The translations under genes were made by a program, and so were the position numbers. The notes beneath the pieces were generated by a model, which had not been told where the DNA came from, did no database searches, and saw only the letters and a program-made list of their open reading frames with translations. A stretch of 64,000 bases of DNA from a virus. Lineage: Duplodnaviria > Caudoviricetes. Shown here piece by piece: positions 26,977 to 35,859 of the stretch. Position 1 is the stretch's first letter; each line of letters opens with the position of its first letter. The stretch lies in the IMG/VR virus record IMGVR_UViG_3300037418_002116; one strand, given 5' to 3'.

Positions 26977-27176
26977 TTTCTCTTGTTTCTCGCCCGCAAG
27001 ACACGCTTTGCAGCGGCCAACCGAAGATTTTCATCAACCGTGTTCAAAGCTCCCCCAAACATAGAGAGTGCCTTGATCATGTTGCGAAGCGAAGTCATGT
27101 CCTGATTACCGACGATTCGGTAATCCTCATACAGAACCGGATCATTCTTCTTCAAATCGTCCATGAAAGTAGACAT
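26973..27176 (-). CDS. Hypothetical protein
   Basis: GGAGGAATTCCGAATG start. Confidence 0.7.
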   Translation of the reverse strand: MSTFMDDLKKNDPVLYEDYRIVGNQDMTSLRNMIKALSMFGGALNTVDENLRLAAAKRVLRARNKRK

Positions 27177-27196
27177 TCGGAATTCCTCCGTTGGGT

Positions 27197-27487
27197 TTAG
27201 ATCATTTCCAGAATCTTGAAATGCTTCTCACGAAGAAGCGTGTTGCACTGATTTTTGAAGGACCAGAGAACCCGCCCGCCATCCTCATGGGGAACCGGCT
27301 TGGCAATGGTCACTTCACCAGCCGAAAAGGCAAGACCCATCTTGGTCTTCACATCCTTTAGATTCACCTGAACAAGAATGTAGTCATCGAAATGGCCTTT
27401 GTATTGAGGCCACTTAGCCATCATCTGTGCCTCTGCCTTGGCAATGAGTTTCGCCCGAGTCACAGAATCAGCAATAACCATCATCAA
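27197..27487 (-). CDS. Hypothetical early protein
   Basis: First gene after the promoter at 27510-27538. Confidence 0.7.
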   Translation of the reverse strand: MMMVIADSVTRAKLIAKAEAQMMAKWPQYKGHFDDYILVQVNLKDVKTKMGLAFSAGEVTIAKPVPHEDGGRVLWSFKNQCNTLLREKHFKILEMI

Positions 27488-27509
27488 TCTCCGTTCCTTA
27501 CAGAGATTT

Positions 27510-27538
27510 ATATAATGAAAATGTAGAGAGGAGTCAAG
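27510..27538 (-). promoter_or_regulatory. Early promoter
   Basis: CTTGAC-N17-TTATAT. Confidence 0.8.
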
Positions 27539-27545
27539 CGCCTTT

Positions 27546-28175
27546 TTATCCCAATGGCGTTTTCTGCCACAGAAGCGGCCTTATCCGGTCGATATGTTTC
27601 ATGGCAGATTGGTAATTTTGTCCAGTGATTTGCCAGTTCGAACGGAATTGTTTTGGATGGTATGGGTGTGGATATTGATCGTCGCCATACAGGGTATCAA
27701 GCGCCGTGGCCAGTTGATGAAGCTTGCGTTTTTCGAGCTTCTTTCCAATCTTCCGTTTCCGGACGATAGCGGCGTCACCAAGCAGAATTTTTTTGCACAC
27801 ATGTGGAGGGAACTTTTTCCTAAGCGCCAGAAATTGTTCGAACGGAACCACACCACGGATTGTGTTGCATTGAAAACAGGAAAGCTTGCGGTTCTGGTAA
27901 CCGTCTCTGCCGCCTAGCGAACGGGGAATGACATGTTCCCATGTCGCCATCATCTGTTTGGAATTGGCAGATAGGCAATCAAGATACATTTTCTGATTGC
28001 AAAAACAGCATCGGCCACGCTGATGCAAATAGAATTTGCGTTTTACAAATTGATCCTTGGCGCTCTTGGCGTCTTGCCATTCGCCAGTCAAAAGTAAAAG
28101 CTCGACTCGTCTTTTCGAATTAAGAATGCTTTGACGAAAACTCTTGGTTTTTGGAAGCTCGACCTTTAATGGCAT
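27546..28175 (-). CDS. HNH endonuclease (start probably internal)
   Basis: QRGRCCFC, ATWEHVIPRSLGG, NRKLSCFQCN. Confidence 0.85.
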   Translation of the reverse strand: MPLKVELPKTKSFRQSILNSKRRVELLLLTGEWQDAKSAKDQFVKRKFYLHQRGRCCFCNQKMYLDCLSANSKQMMATWEHVIPRSLGGRDGYQNRKLSCFQCNTIRGVVPFEQFLALRKKFPPHVCKKILLGDAAIVRKRKIGKKLEKRKLHQLATALDTLYGDDQYPHPYHPKQFRSNWQITGQNYQSAMKHIDRIRPLLWQKTPLG

Positions 28176-28527
28176 TCGGTTGCAAATCTTCGATATGAAT
28201 GAAATCTTCGATGCTTTTTACAGGATTGATTCCGAAATGCGTATGGTGTGGTTCCCGTGCACGGAACACTTGTTCCAATGTGCTTTTCGAATTTCGATCC
28301 TTTGTATCTTCATATATGGCCTGAATAGCCTTTTCAAGAACAATATTCAATTCTTGAATGATTTCCCGGTAATAGGCATCATTTTCTTCTACCGTCTTAC
28401 CCGGCCATGGCCCTTCCATCTTCTCCCAAAAGAGTGCATCGGCGGCTCTCACTTCCGGCAGAATTGCGAGCGTATGCTCATAGGTTGGCTTGTCCATAGG
28501 ATAACCCATATCGTAAACTCCATTCAT
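28120..28527 (-). CDS. Hypothetical protein
   Basis: ORF after a promoter. Confidence 0.6.
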   Translation of the reverse strand: MNGVYDMGYPMDKPTYEHTLAILPEVRAADALFWEKMEGPWPGKTVEENDAYYREIIQELNIVLEKAIQAIYEDTKDRNSKSTLEQVFRAREPHHTHFGINPVKSIEDFIHIEDLQPNAIKGRASKNQEFSSKHS

Positions 28528-28637
28528 TTATTATAATATAAGGCTAACCTATTGAAATGTCAAGGCTAACATATGTCAGCCAAAAGGACTAATCCGTAAT
28601 AGCAAAAAGGGAGCCCGAAAGCTCCCCTTGGTTCGTT

Positions 28638-28898
28638 TCAAACCATGCCCAATGCGGCTTGGTAGAGGTCGATAATTGCGTCTTCCTCTTGCCGTTCGGC
28701 TTGATCCTTCTTCCGCTTTCGGATGATCACTCGCATTGCCTTGGTGTCAAAACCAGCGCCCTTGGCTTCGGCAAACACATCCTTGATATCGTCTCGGATG
28801 GTATCCTTTTCTTCGGCAAGGCGCTCAATGCGTTCGATGAAGGCTCTAAGCTGGCCAGCCGCTACGGTCTGGCTTGCATTATCTGTATCTTCGCTCAA
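28638..28898 (-). CDS. gapR: GapR/DUF2312 nucleoid-associated protein homologue
   Basis: [48 protein letters not shown]...DLY..ALGM. Confidence 0.93.
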   Translation of the reverse strand: MSEDTDNASQTVAAGQLRAFIERIERLAEEKDTIRDDIKDVFAEAKGAGFDTKAMRVIIRKRKKDQAERQEEDAIIDLYQAALGMV

Positions 28899-29052
28899 TG
28901 TTATCCTCTAATGATTGTCGTGCGATATATTCAATGTCAGCACGGGAGATGCCAATATCGGCCAATTCCCGGTCTGACAAACTGTAAAGTTCGTTAACGG
29001 TACGCTTGTAAACTTTTCTGTAATCGAGGTATGATTTAATCTTCTTAAACAA
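28879..29052 (-). CDS. DUF1127 (YjiS-like) small protein
   Basis: [26 protein letters not shown]; TTG start after AAGGA RBS. Confidence 0.88.
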   Translation of the reverse strand: MFKKIKSYLDYRKVYKRTVNELYSLSDRELADIGISRADIEYIARQSLEDNIERRYR

Positions 29053-29069
29053 TTTGTTTTCCTTTATAT

Positions 29070-29099
29070 TGCAATGCATCATATTTACACTGCATTGCA
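29070..29099. promoter_or_regulatory. 9-bp inverted repeat upstream of DUF1127 gene (putative transcription-factor site)
   Basis: TGCAATGCA-N12-TGCATTGCA. Confidence 0.5.
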
Positions 29100-29130
29100 C
29101 AAGAAAACAATTGCTATTTCTGCATACCTC

Positions 29131-29319
29131 CTATGTCCAGTCTTCTTTTAGTTTCTTCAATTCTCTTTCCAACTCTGCAATACGTTCCAATTTTTTATTG
29201 CGTAAGTAGTCTTCCGCTTCCGTTCTTGTTTCGAAGAGCATCTTTGGAATGTCGCATGTTGAAAACATATCGACGTAATCTCCATCGATGACGAAGTATG
29301 TTGGGGAAAGTCTTATCAT
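29131..29319 (-). CDS. Hypothetical protein
   Basis: ATGA overlap; C-terminal coiled coil. Confidence 0.6.
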   Translation of the reverse strand: MIRLSPTYFVIDGDYVDMFSTCDIPKMLFETRTEAEDYLRNKKLERIAELERELKKLKEDWT

Positions 29320-29933
29320 TTATGCCCTACAGACTTTTCGATAGCCGTATGGAAGGGATTCCTGCCGATGATATCCCAATGATCTTCATTGGCTTGCCGC
29401 CATGATCTATGCTTGGCATTGACACTCATGCCATCGGTAATGCCACGGCCCATAGCGTGAATGCACATTTCAGGCGAGATACCACCAACACCGGTCCCCA
29501 TTCCAGAGAAACAGATTGATTCGATGGCATGTGTACTGTGCGACTTACGGGCCGCTGCACGTGTCGCCAGATAGATATTGGAGGCATCCGGCAATCGCAT
29601 TGGAACACGCATGGTTGGAGCTACAATGAGATAGGGGATTGTCTTGTGAGTCGATGAAACAATCAAAGCGTCACCGACAAGCAATTCGTTGAATTCCGTA
29701 TAGAACGAAATCTGTTCCTGCACGATGTTTTGGATGTTCGGCATGTTTTCGGCAAAGTGGTAATCGATACCACCATCCATGAAGCCAAAGCTATTAGCCG
29801 GGCTGACAACAGCGTCAACCGGCGTATCCAAAGGCGAACCAAGCCCTACATTGACTCCAGTCCTAAGAAAATCTTCATTGGTTGCGGCTCTATCGACAAG
29901 CGCTATGTTACGATCACGGAAATAGATTTTCAT
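29316..29933 (-). CDS. Macrodomain ADP-ribose hydrolase
   Basis: DAVVSPANSFGFMDGGID, YLIVAPTMRVP, GMGTGVGG. Confidence 0.92.
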   Translation of the reverse strand: MKIYFRDRNIALVDRAATNEDFLRTGVNVGLGSPLDTPVDAVVSPANSFGFMDGGIDYHFAENMPNIQNIVQEQISFYTEFNELLVGDALIVSSTHKTIPYLIVAPTMRVPMRLPDASNIYLATRAAARKSHSTHAIESICFSGMGTGVGGISPEMCIHAMGRGITDGMSVNAKHRSWRQANEDHWDIIGRNPFHTAIEKSVGHK

Positions 29934-30131
29934 TTACCACCTTGGATACATGGGTTGAACAGAGACAGGCTTACCGTAAATCGTTGTACAATCCGAGCAA
30001 TGCCAAAGCGTTTCTTCACAGGTATAATGGCTTGCCGGGATGAAGGAAGACGATGAACCGCTAGAAGGGCGCATATACCTTCCGCAAGATTCACACTTAA
30101 GACGATTGTCACACTTGATAAGACGTCGCAT
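29934..30131 (-). CDS. Small zinc-binding protein
   Basis: CESC...HCSDC. Confidence 0.55.
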   Translation of the reverse strand: MRRLIKCDNRLKCESCGRYMRPSSGSSSSFIPASHYTCEETLWHCSDCTTIYGKPVSVQPMYPRW

Positions 30132-30219
30132 TTTGTTGTTCCTTTGAAGATTGATTCCTCATTGTGGAACACAATACTTTACATACGGGATTATGTCAAG
30201 GTTGAAGATCACTATACTT

Positions 30220-30693
30220 TCAAAGTATAAGTCCAGAATTGTCGATTTTTAAAATATCCAAAGCTTTGTTGAAATGTTCTGGTGTAATTCCAACGTCATA
30301 TTCTACCGTAATTAATCGGTAATCTTTGGTGAAGTGCATATCATCGAAACAAATCCAATCTATTTCGGTGTCTTTGGTGTTTCCGGCAACCCATTCATTG
30401 ATACAATCGTATCGATTACCCCAACTGGTGGAGCCGAACGTGGTTCGCCAATTTTTGTGGAAATACTCTTCCTTGAAACCGGCCTTGATCATGTCGGTTC
30501 GCAATAGCGAGACATAAGAATCATAATTGTGGCTGGTGTTCATGACCACCTTGGCACCGGAGCGCTCACACAGGGTGTTCAGGATGGCAATGGAAATAGG
30601 GGAGAATGTTCGGTTTCCGGCTGCATTTTTGTCGATGAAAAACATCGAACCGGGAATCAGCGGCCCGTCAACGTCGCAAAAAACTATTTTCAA
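30220..30693 (-). CDS. HAD-superfamily protein (Swiss-Army-Knife RNA-repair type)
   Basis: FCDVDGPL, VVMNTS, WICFDD, GIT. Confidence 0.8.
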   Translation of the reverse strand: MKIVFCDVDGPLIPGSMFFIDKNAAGNRTFSPISIAILNTLCERSGAKVVMNTSHNYDSYVSLLRTDMIKAGFKEEYFHKNWRTTFGSTSWGNRYDCINEWVAGNTKDTEIDWICFDDMHFTKDYRLITVEYDVGITPEHFNKALDILKIDNSGLIL

Positions 30694-31103
30694 TATGCCA
30701 GCCTTTCAACAACCGTTAGCCGGTGAAGAGCATTATCAACGTTCAGGAACATTCGAGCTTTCCACTCGTCATAGGCTTCCTGATACGTGTCAAATGGACC
30801 ATATTCCTGTGCATCAGATTCGTTCTGCAATTGCCTGAATGTCGTATCTTTATAGACGCCACCGAACACAAAGAATTTGGTTTTCAATTCCACCTTGTCG
30901 TCTTTCCAGCGTTGCCCCCATGCTTCATTATCGATGCGCTGCGAAATCAAAAGTGCTTCTATCGCTTGCGTGGCGAAACCGGGATACCATGGATTGTTTT
31001 TTGCGCTCTTCATGAGCGTTTCCACACGTTCCGTCGCAATGTCGAAACAGCGCTTGCGTTCATCTTCAACGCCTTGATTATAGCAGTCTTCCGCTATGCT
31101 CAT
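30690..31103 (-). CDS. Hypothetical protein
   Basis: ATGA overlap in array. Confidence 0.65.
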   Translation of the reverse strand: MSIAEDCYNQGVEDERKRCFDIATERVETLMKSAKNNPWYPGFATQAIEALLISQRIDNEAWGQRWKDDKVELKTKFFVFGGVYKDTTFRQLQNESDAQEYGPFDTYQEAYDEWKARMFLNVDNALHRLTVVERLAY

Positions 31104-31564
31104 TCTTGTTCCTCTGTAAAAAGTCGAATTTCGTTTCGTTCGGCCATCAAAATTTTTCCGAGATTGTTACTGCCTTTGCCCTTGCAAATGCCCCAGAACG
31201 TGTCATTCCACCAATTGCCTTCCACAAGCTCTTGATCGCCGGTCGCCAAAAGCTTGGCCCGCAACTCGGAATTTTGAAATTTCGCCTTCACCAGACGGCG
31301 CATGACGGAAATTTTTATGTCGTCCCAATCGGGAACCAATTTGACTTCCTGTCCCCACTGCTTGGCTTGGCCGGGAGTGAGTGAGAGGAATTTTGCGTGG
31401 ATAGCGAGGATCATTTCTTCTGAAAGATCGCTGAAATCAGCTTTGGCCCATTGGTAACCGTGTTCAACGGTTGGCCAGATTATGCTTCCGTCCTTAACGG
31501 GAGAGTACCAAAAATTTGAAAGAAAACGATATACGCCTGAAAAGCTTTTAATGGTCACTGTCAA
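31100..31564 (-). CDS. NADAR/YbiA-family hydrolase
   Basis: FLSNFWYSP, TVEHGYQWAK, AKF, LLATG, LVEGN.WNDTFWG, N.LGKILM. Confidence 0.92.
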   Translation of the reverse strand: MTVTIKSFSGVYRFLSNFWYSPVKDGSIIWPTVEHGYQWAKADFSDLSEEMILAIHAKFLSLTPGQAKQWGQEVKLVPDWDDIKISVMRRLVKAKFQNSELRAKLLATGDQELVEGNWWNDTFWGICKGKGSNNLGKILMAERNEIRLFTEEQE

Positions 31565-31866
31565 TCCTTGTCTGGCGGCTCTTTATTGCCCCATATGATG
31601 TAGTTAGGATAACTACCAACCATATATCTTACTATAATGTTTTTAAGAACTGGATCGATGTTTCCTAGAGAATCTTCCAATTTTTTGCGAGACTCGAGAT
31701 AGCTTTGTTCTTTAGCTTCGCAATTTTTGAAACAATCATCACAAATGACGACTGGATCATCCAAGCCATCCCCGAATTTTATGAGGGATTCAGCCATCGC
31801 TTCTTCGTCAGACCGTTCTTTTTCAAAAGTCCCGAGACACTGTGCACAGGTGAATGTATTGCTCAT
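31561..31866 (-). CDS. Small zinc-binding protein
   Basis: CAQC...ICDDC. Confidence 0.55.
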   Translation of the reverse strand: MSNTFTCAQCLGTFEKERSDEEAMAESLIKFGDGLDDPVVICDDCFKNCEAKEQSYLESRKKLEDSLGNIDPVLKNIIVRYMVGSYPNYIIWGNKEPPDKD

Positions 31867-32888
31867 GAGCCAGTCATTTCGTTGGTTTCGTCGGCTGTTC
31901 CGTGGAACCAATGCTTAGCTGTCTGAACATGGTCTTTCCGGACATACTTCCCGACATGATTACGAAAATCTCGCCATGTGAAATTCCCTCTGTTTCGAAG
32001 AACAAATCCCTCGGAACTTCCGTAGTCGGAATTGGCTGCGATTTTTCGGATGATTTTTTCGTCATAGATTCCTTCATACAGGACGGGAACCGACTGAATT
32101 CCCAAAAGCTGAAACCATTCCATCGTGTCGTCCCAAGACAGGCATTCCAGACCATTCCAGATGGAAAAGCCAAGGAAGAAGGATGGCAGATTTTTGTAGG
32201 CTATCGAGTGCTTGGCGAACAGATTCTCACCGCAAATGCGCCAGTCTTCCGGCAGATCATACGCAAAATTCTGTGCGAAATTTTTTGCCCAATCCCGTGA
32301 CCAGTGATTGCGGCCATCGATGGAGCGGGCGTGAAGATAGCCATCCGAATAGATCGTGGTGTTTTCGCCATCCATCTTTTCCGTCACAACCACTTGATTT
32401 CCCTCGAAAATTTGCATCGAAGAAATCATGCGGTCGTCATCGTTCATGCCGGGCGAGAATGGCAGATGGTAGGTTCTCGGATATTTCATGCGATTGGTGA
32501 AAAGATCGAGAACGCCGCCTTCCTTCAAAATTTTCTGAACGGATTCGTCGTTAAATAATTCACCACGGACTCTTTGCCCGTTTTCCAGAACGATGTTGCC
32601 CCATTTGTCATAGATCACGTCGGAATAGAAATGTTCCGGCAGAACCGGCTTGGTGATTCCGGCACAGACTCGAATCGCCTCTACAGAGATAAGAGTCTTC
32701 TCACAATCCTTGTGATGTTCAGTGCAAACGGAAGCACCATTATCAAGATAATAACCACCATCAGCGAAAAGCCTTCGCTCCAATATATGGTGAGCATCTT
32801 TAGCAGGATTGCCACACACAACACATTTATGATGATCCCGAGCAAAAACGCCTTCACGAAAATCATCCCTTGATAAGAGCTTGGACAT
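31863..32888 (-). CDS. HNH domain fused to Rnl2-like RNA ligase
   Basis: N-terminal CVVC..DAHHI..CTEHH; C-terminal KYPRTYHLP, TEKMDGEN, EGFVLR, KYVR. Confidence 0.88.
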   Translation of the reverse strand: MSKLLSRDDFREGVFARDHHKCVVCGNPAKDAHHILERRLFADGGYYLDNGASVCTEHHKDCEKTLISVEAIRVCAGITKPVLPEHFYSDVIYDKWGNIVLENGQRVRGELFNDESVQKILKEGGVLDLFTNRMKYPRTYHLPFSPGMNDDDRMISSMQIFEGNQVVVTEKMDGENTTIYSDGYLHARSIDGRNHWSRDWAKNFAQNFAYDLPEDWRICGENLFAKHSIAYKNLPSFFLGFSIWNGLECLSWDDTMEWFQLLGIQSVPVLYEGIYDEKIIRKIAANSDYGSSEGFVLRNRGNFTWRDFRNHVGKYVRKDHVQTAKHWFHGTADETNEMTGS

Positions 32889-33164
32889 TTCAAAAATACC
32901 TTAAAATAGTGGAAGGCGGCTTTCAAGCGAATCGGAATGCCATCCTATCGCCGTAGTTACCGCCTTCCGTTCCTAGCTCTGGCATGAGTAAGGAGGTTTT
33001 TTCGAAGAAACGATGAATCACCCACAATCTCTTGGTTGCCGCCTTGGATTGGGCAGTGTGTCGAGCCTTCTAGATCACGGTATAGGCAACTTTGTGTGAC
33101 CATTTCTTAAATATATTCAATTAGATATAAAAAGTCAAGGGGAAACTTTCGCTTCCCCTTTCTT

Positions 33165-33329
33165 TTAATCCAGCGTAATTCCTCGAATGGCTGCTTCTGT
33201 AACCGCCAGTTCGGCATAATCCTTCCGGTTGGCGTTCTTTTCCTTGTCATAGACGCCTTGAACTTGCCGGTCGGTGCATTGTTTTAGATATAGCTGGAAT
33301 TCTCGCTTGTCTTTTTCCGAAAGTGACAT
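33165..33329 (-). CDS. 54-aa hypothetical protein (hand-called)
   Basis: MSLSEKDKREFQLYLKQCTDRQVQGVYDKEK...; GGAGGG RBS. Confidence 0.55.
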   Translation of the reverse strand: MSLSEKDKREFQLYLKQCTDRQVQGVYDKEKNANRKDYAELAVTEAAIRGITLD

Positions 33330-33345
33330 TTTTCTTTCCCTCCGT

Positions 33346-33960
33346 TTAGTGGAAATAGGCCAGCGGGTAAGCCTGATAGGCAGACCATGCCGCCCAACCG
33401 GCCCGCTTGAGGCTCTTCAAAGCCCGCTTCGCTTCCGAGTACTTGAACTTCTTCGAAACGTCGGCAACCTCGACATTGTGGAGGTAGGTCCACACGGCGT
33501 TCTTGAACCGGCCCTTTTCGTCCTTTTCGTCATCCAGCGCCACGCCAACCTTGGTGGCCTTCGTGGTGGCCCAAGACGAGTAGCCCGAACCATAGGTCCG
33601 CTCTTCGCCAACCCAGAACAGCTTGCCGACAGAACCCTTGCCGGTCCTGCCCTTGACCACCTTCACCGTGTCACCCTTGACCGGGAGAGCGAGCTTTTCC
33701 TTGTAGGCATCAAAGCACACCTTCTTCAAGGACTTGTAGGCATAGAGGTTGGCAGCTTCCACGACTTCCGGCGTGGCATCTTCCTTCGCACTGCCGCCGC
33801 CACCGTAGCGAGTCGAATCGTATTCGACCGTATCGAGCGCCTGCTTTTCAGCATTCCAGACGACCGCATAGAAGTCCGAGTCGTCTAAGAAATTGCGCTC
33901 ACGAGTCATCAGAACAGCACCCTTGTACTGTTCGCCGGTTTCGGACCACACAATCGACAT
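33346..33960 (-). CDS. Hypothetical early protein
   Basis: First gene after the promoter at 33988-34016; host-like codon bias. Confidence 0.75.
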   Translation of the reverse strand: MSIVWSETGEQYKGAVLMTRERNFLDDSDFYAVVWNAEKQALDTVEYDSTRYGGGGSAKEDATPEVVEAANLYAYKSLKKVCFDAYKEKLALPVKGDTVKVVKGRTGKGSVGKLFWVGEERTYGSGYSSWATTKATKVGVALDDEKDEKGRFKNAVWTYLHNVEVADVSKKFKYSEAKRALKSLKRAGWAAWSAYQAYPLAYFH

Positions 33961-33987
33961 CGCTTCATCTCCGTTCTTCTATTATTC

Positions 33988-34016
33988 ATATAATCAAAAT
34001 ATTGGAGCGTGTCAAC
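33988..34016 (-). promoter_or_regulatory. Early promoter
   Basis: GTTGAC-N17-TTATAT. Confidence 0.8.
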
Positions 34017-34473
34017 GGGTATTTTTTGATAATTCAAATAATGTGGATTTTACGGACGTGTGATGGATGAAAACCCCGCCTACATCGAGCCATTCAGCAC
34101 GATACTTGATACGATCATCAATGAGAATGTCGCCCGGTTCGCAAAAAAGATGCTTTTCCTTCGCCTTGCAAACGAGGACTCTCATGCGGGAGTAGTGTTT
34201 TCTGAACCAGTTGATTTTTTGGAGATATCCCCATTCGGTTGGGGAGCCCGTCAGAATGATTGGATCATAGCCGATGGTGTTGGCGATAAGATCGGACGCA
34301 CCCGGCATAACCGGGAGATTTTCAAAAAATAATGGGTCTTTTTTACGAACAAGCCTCCACAATTCCTCTTTTCCGAGTTTGTGGCGCATTTCATCGGCGG
34401 AATGCTCGAATAATGTAAACCAGTGCTTTTCGAAATCTGCAATGACTCCATCCGAGTCAAGGAATAAATTCAT
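34012..34473 (-). CDS. 5'(3')-deoxyribonucleotidase-like HAD protein
   Basis: LDSDGVIADF, ILTG, KINW, ILIDDR. Confidence 0.85.
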   Translation of the reverse strand: MNLFLDSDGVIADFEKHWFTLFEHSADEMRHKLGKEELWRLVRKKDPLFFENLPVMPGASDLIANTIGYDPIILTGSPTEWGYLQKINWFRKHYSRMRVLVCKAKEKHLFCEPGDILIDDRIKYRAEWLDVGGVFIHHTSVKSTLFELSKNTR

Positions 34474-34820
34474 AGTTTATTCAATGCTTTGAGAATATCG
34501 ATGACATGCGCCGCCGCTTTTCTGTCCCTCGATTCGGCACAATGGCACCATTTCGACTGGCCAGCGCCAATGGCGAACTCGGATGGACCCATGCAGCCAC
34601 AGGCGGATGCAAGATGGCTTGTCTGGCCAACCCTGATAGCCAAAGCGATCTTGCCTAGAAGGTCGTAATCTTTAGCTGGATCATATGATGGTTCGATGAC
34701 TTGTTTGGCCAATCCGGATTGAAGAACAGAAGGAGCAAGCCCATTGCATGTGGTGCAGCGACAACCATTGTCACCACACACCACGGCTTTACAACCATCT
34801 TCACAATGACATTCAGACAT
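34470..34820 (-). CDS. Cys-rich hypothetical protein
   Basis: Multiple Cys; ACGCMGP..WCHC motif. Confidence 0.6.
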   Translation of the reverse strand: MSECHCEDGCKAVVCGDNGCRCTTCNGLAPSVLQSGLAKQVIEPSYDPAKDYDLLGKIALAIRVGQTSHLASACGCMGPSEFAIGAGQSKWCHCAESRDRKAAAHVIDILKALNKL

Positions 34821-35277
34821 CTTTGATTTCCTCTATGATCGTCTCTGTTTTCAGACGAAGCCGTACCAGTTTGGCAGTCTCAATTTTTGGATTTGAAACG
34901 AAGCGCTGCGGGACAGAAATTCCATCACCGAAACGACGCTTCACATAATCTACCAAATCATCAATTTTATTAGGAAGTTTCGTGATTTGATCCGACAAGA
35001 AAAACTCAATCCCCGAGCATTCTTTGCCGCCTTCCGGAATGTAAATTGTGTAGGGCATCATTCCGTATTCATCAACCGGACGATTGGTCAGCCAAATACC
35101 GAATTTGGCGTCATCGCCCGATACTTGTTCATTGAACATAGCGATTGTGTCTTTGGCGACGTGTTCACCGTGATCATCGCAGAAACCAAAAAGGTAACCG
35201 GAAATTTCACGTTCCCAATTACCAGCATATTGATCAATCTCGACAAGCAGTGAAATTTGCTGTGTTGTCTTTGTCAT
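34813..35277 (-). CDS. Hypothetical protein
   Basis: ATGA overlap. Confidence 0.65.
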   Translation of the reverse strand: MTKTTQQISLLVEIDQYAGNWEREISGYLFGFCDDHGEHVAKDTIAMFNEQVSGDDAKFGIWLTNRPVDEYGMMPYTIYIPEGGKECSGIEFFLSDQITKLPNKIDDLVDYVKRRFGDGISVPQRFVSNPKIETAKLVRLRLKTETIIEEIKDV

Positions 35278-35498
35278 GAAATTTTAAGTTTCACCCAATC
35301 GATGATTATAAGAGAAAGTCCGACGACTAATGGAACCATCCACCAGCAATAGGCCAAAAAGAAAATGATAAAAATGCCGACTTCACCACCAAAAATTTTG
35401 AAGGTGAGATTGGAGTCGAGAACCATGATTCCAATCAGGACAAGAAACGAAATGAGAGTATTAGTTAACCATTTGATAAACAATGGATTTTCTTTCAA
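35274..35498 (-). CDS. Small membrane protein
   Basis: Two to three hydrophobic segments. Confidence 0.6.
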   Translation of the reverse strand: MKENPLFIKWLTNTLISFLVLIGIMVLDSNLTFKIFGGEVGIFIIFFLAYCWWMVPLVVGLSLIIIDWVKLKIS

Positions 35499-35507
35499 AA
35501 AGAAGAT

Positions 35508-35662
35508 TGGTGAGCAGAGTAGGACTCGAACCTACAATTGAGAATTTTTCAACGATCTATATGTGAAAGCGTTATCCATGGTTCGCCGTCCACTCTACAA
35601 TCGCCCTATAGTCATTCTCGCCGGCTTTCTACCGGTGTGTATCCCATTTCCACCATCTACTC
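35508..35662 (-). ncRNA. tRNA-like RNA (155 nt) with ~85-nt extra arm
   Basis: Acceptor GAGTAGA/TCTGCTC+ACCA, D-arm GTG..CAC, CCGG-TAGAAAG-CCGG arm, canonical GTAGG-TTCGAGT-CCTAC, insert closed by GAGAAT/ATTCTC. Confidence 0.7.
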
Positions 35663-35673
35663 AATCTAAGAAT

Positions 35674-35750
35674 TGGTGCGTCCAACGGGTTTCGAACCCT
35701 TGACCTTTGGCTTTTCAGACCAATGTGCAGACCGACTACACCATGGACGC
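35674..35750 (-). tRNA. tRNA-Phe(GAA)
   Basis: Cloverleaf; anticodon arm TTGGT-CTGAAAA-GCCAA; encoded CCA. Confidence 0.92.
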
Positions 35751-35754
35751 AACT

Positions 35755-35859
35755 GCGAAGTACTATGAGCATTGTCGGATTCACGCCCGTCTAAGATACT
35801 CTTAAGGAATTCCCTGTTGCACCAAGGTTTTCCCGTCTGGCCAGACTTAGTAACTTCGC
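35755..35859 (-). ncRNA. Candidate 105-nt multibranch RNA within the tRNA cluster
   Basis: Closing stem GCGAAG(T)TACTA/TAGTACTTCGC with several internal hairpins. Confidence 0.5.

Noticed and set aside
35508-35662. Group I intron or tmRNA interpretation of the long tRNA
   Set aside because: The insert is about 85 nt, lies at the variable arm rather than the anticodon, and lacks group I core or tag-reading-frame features
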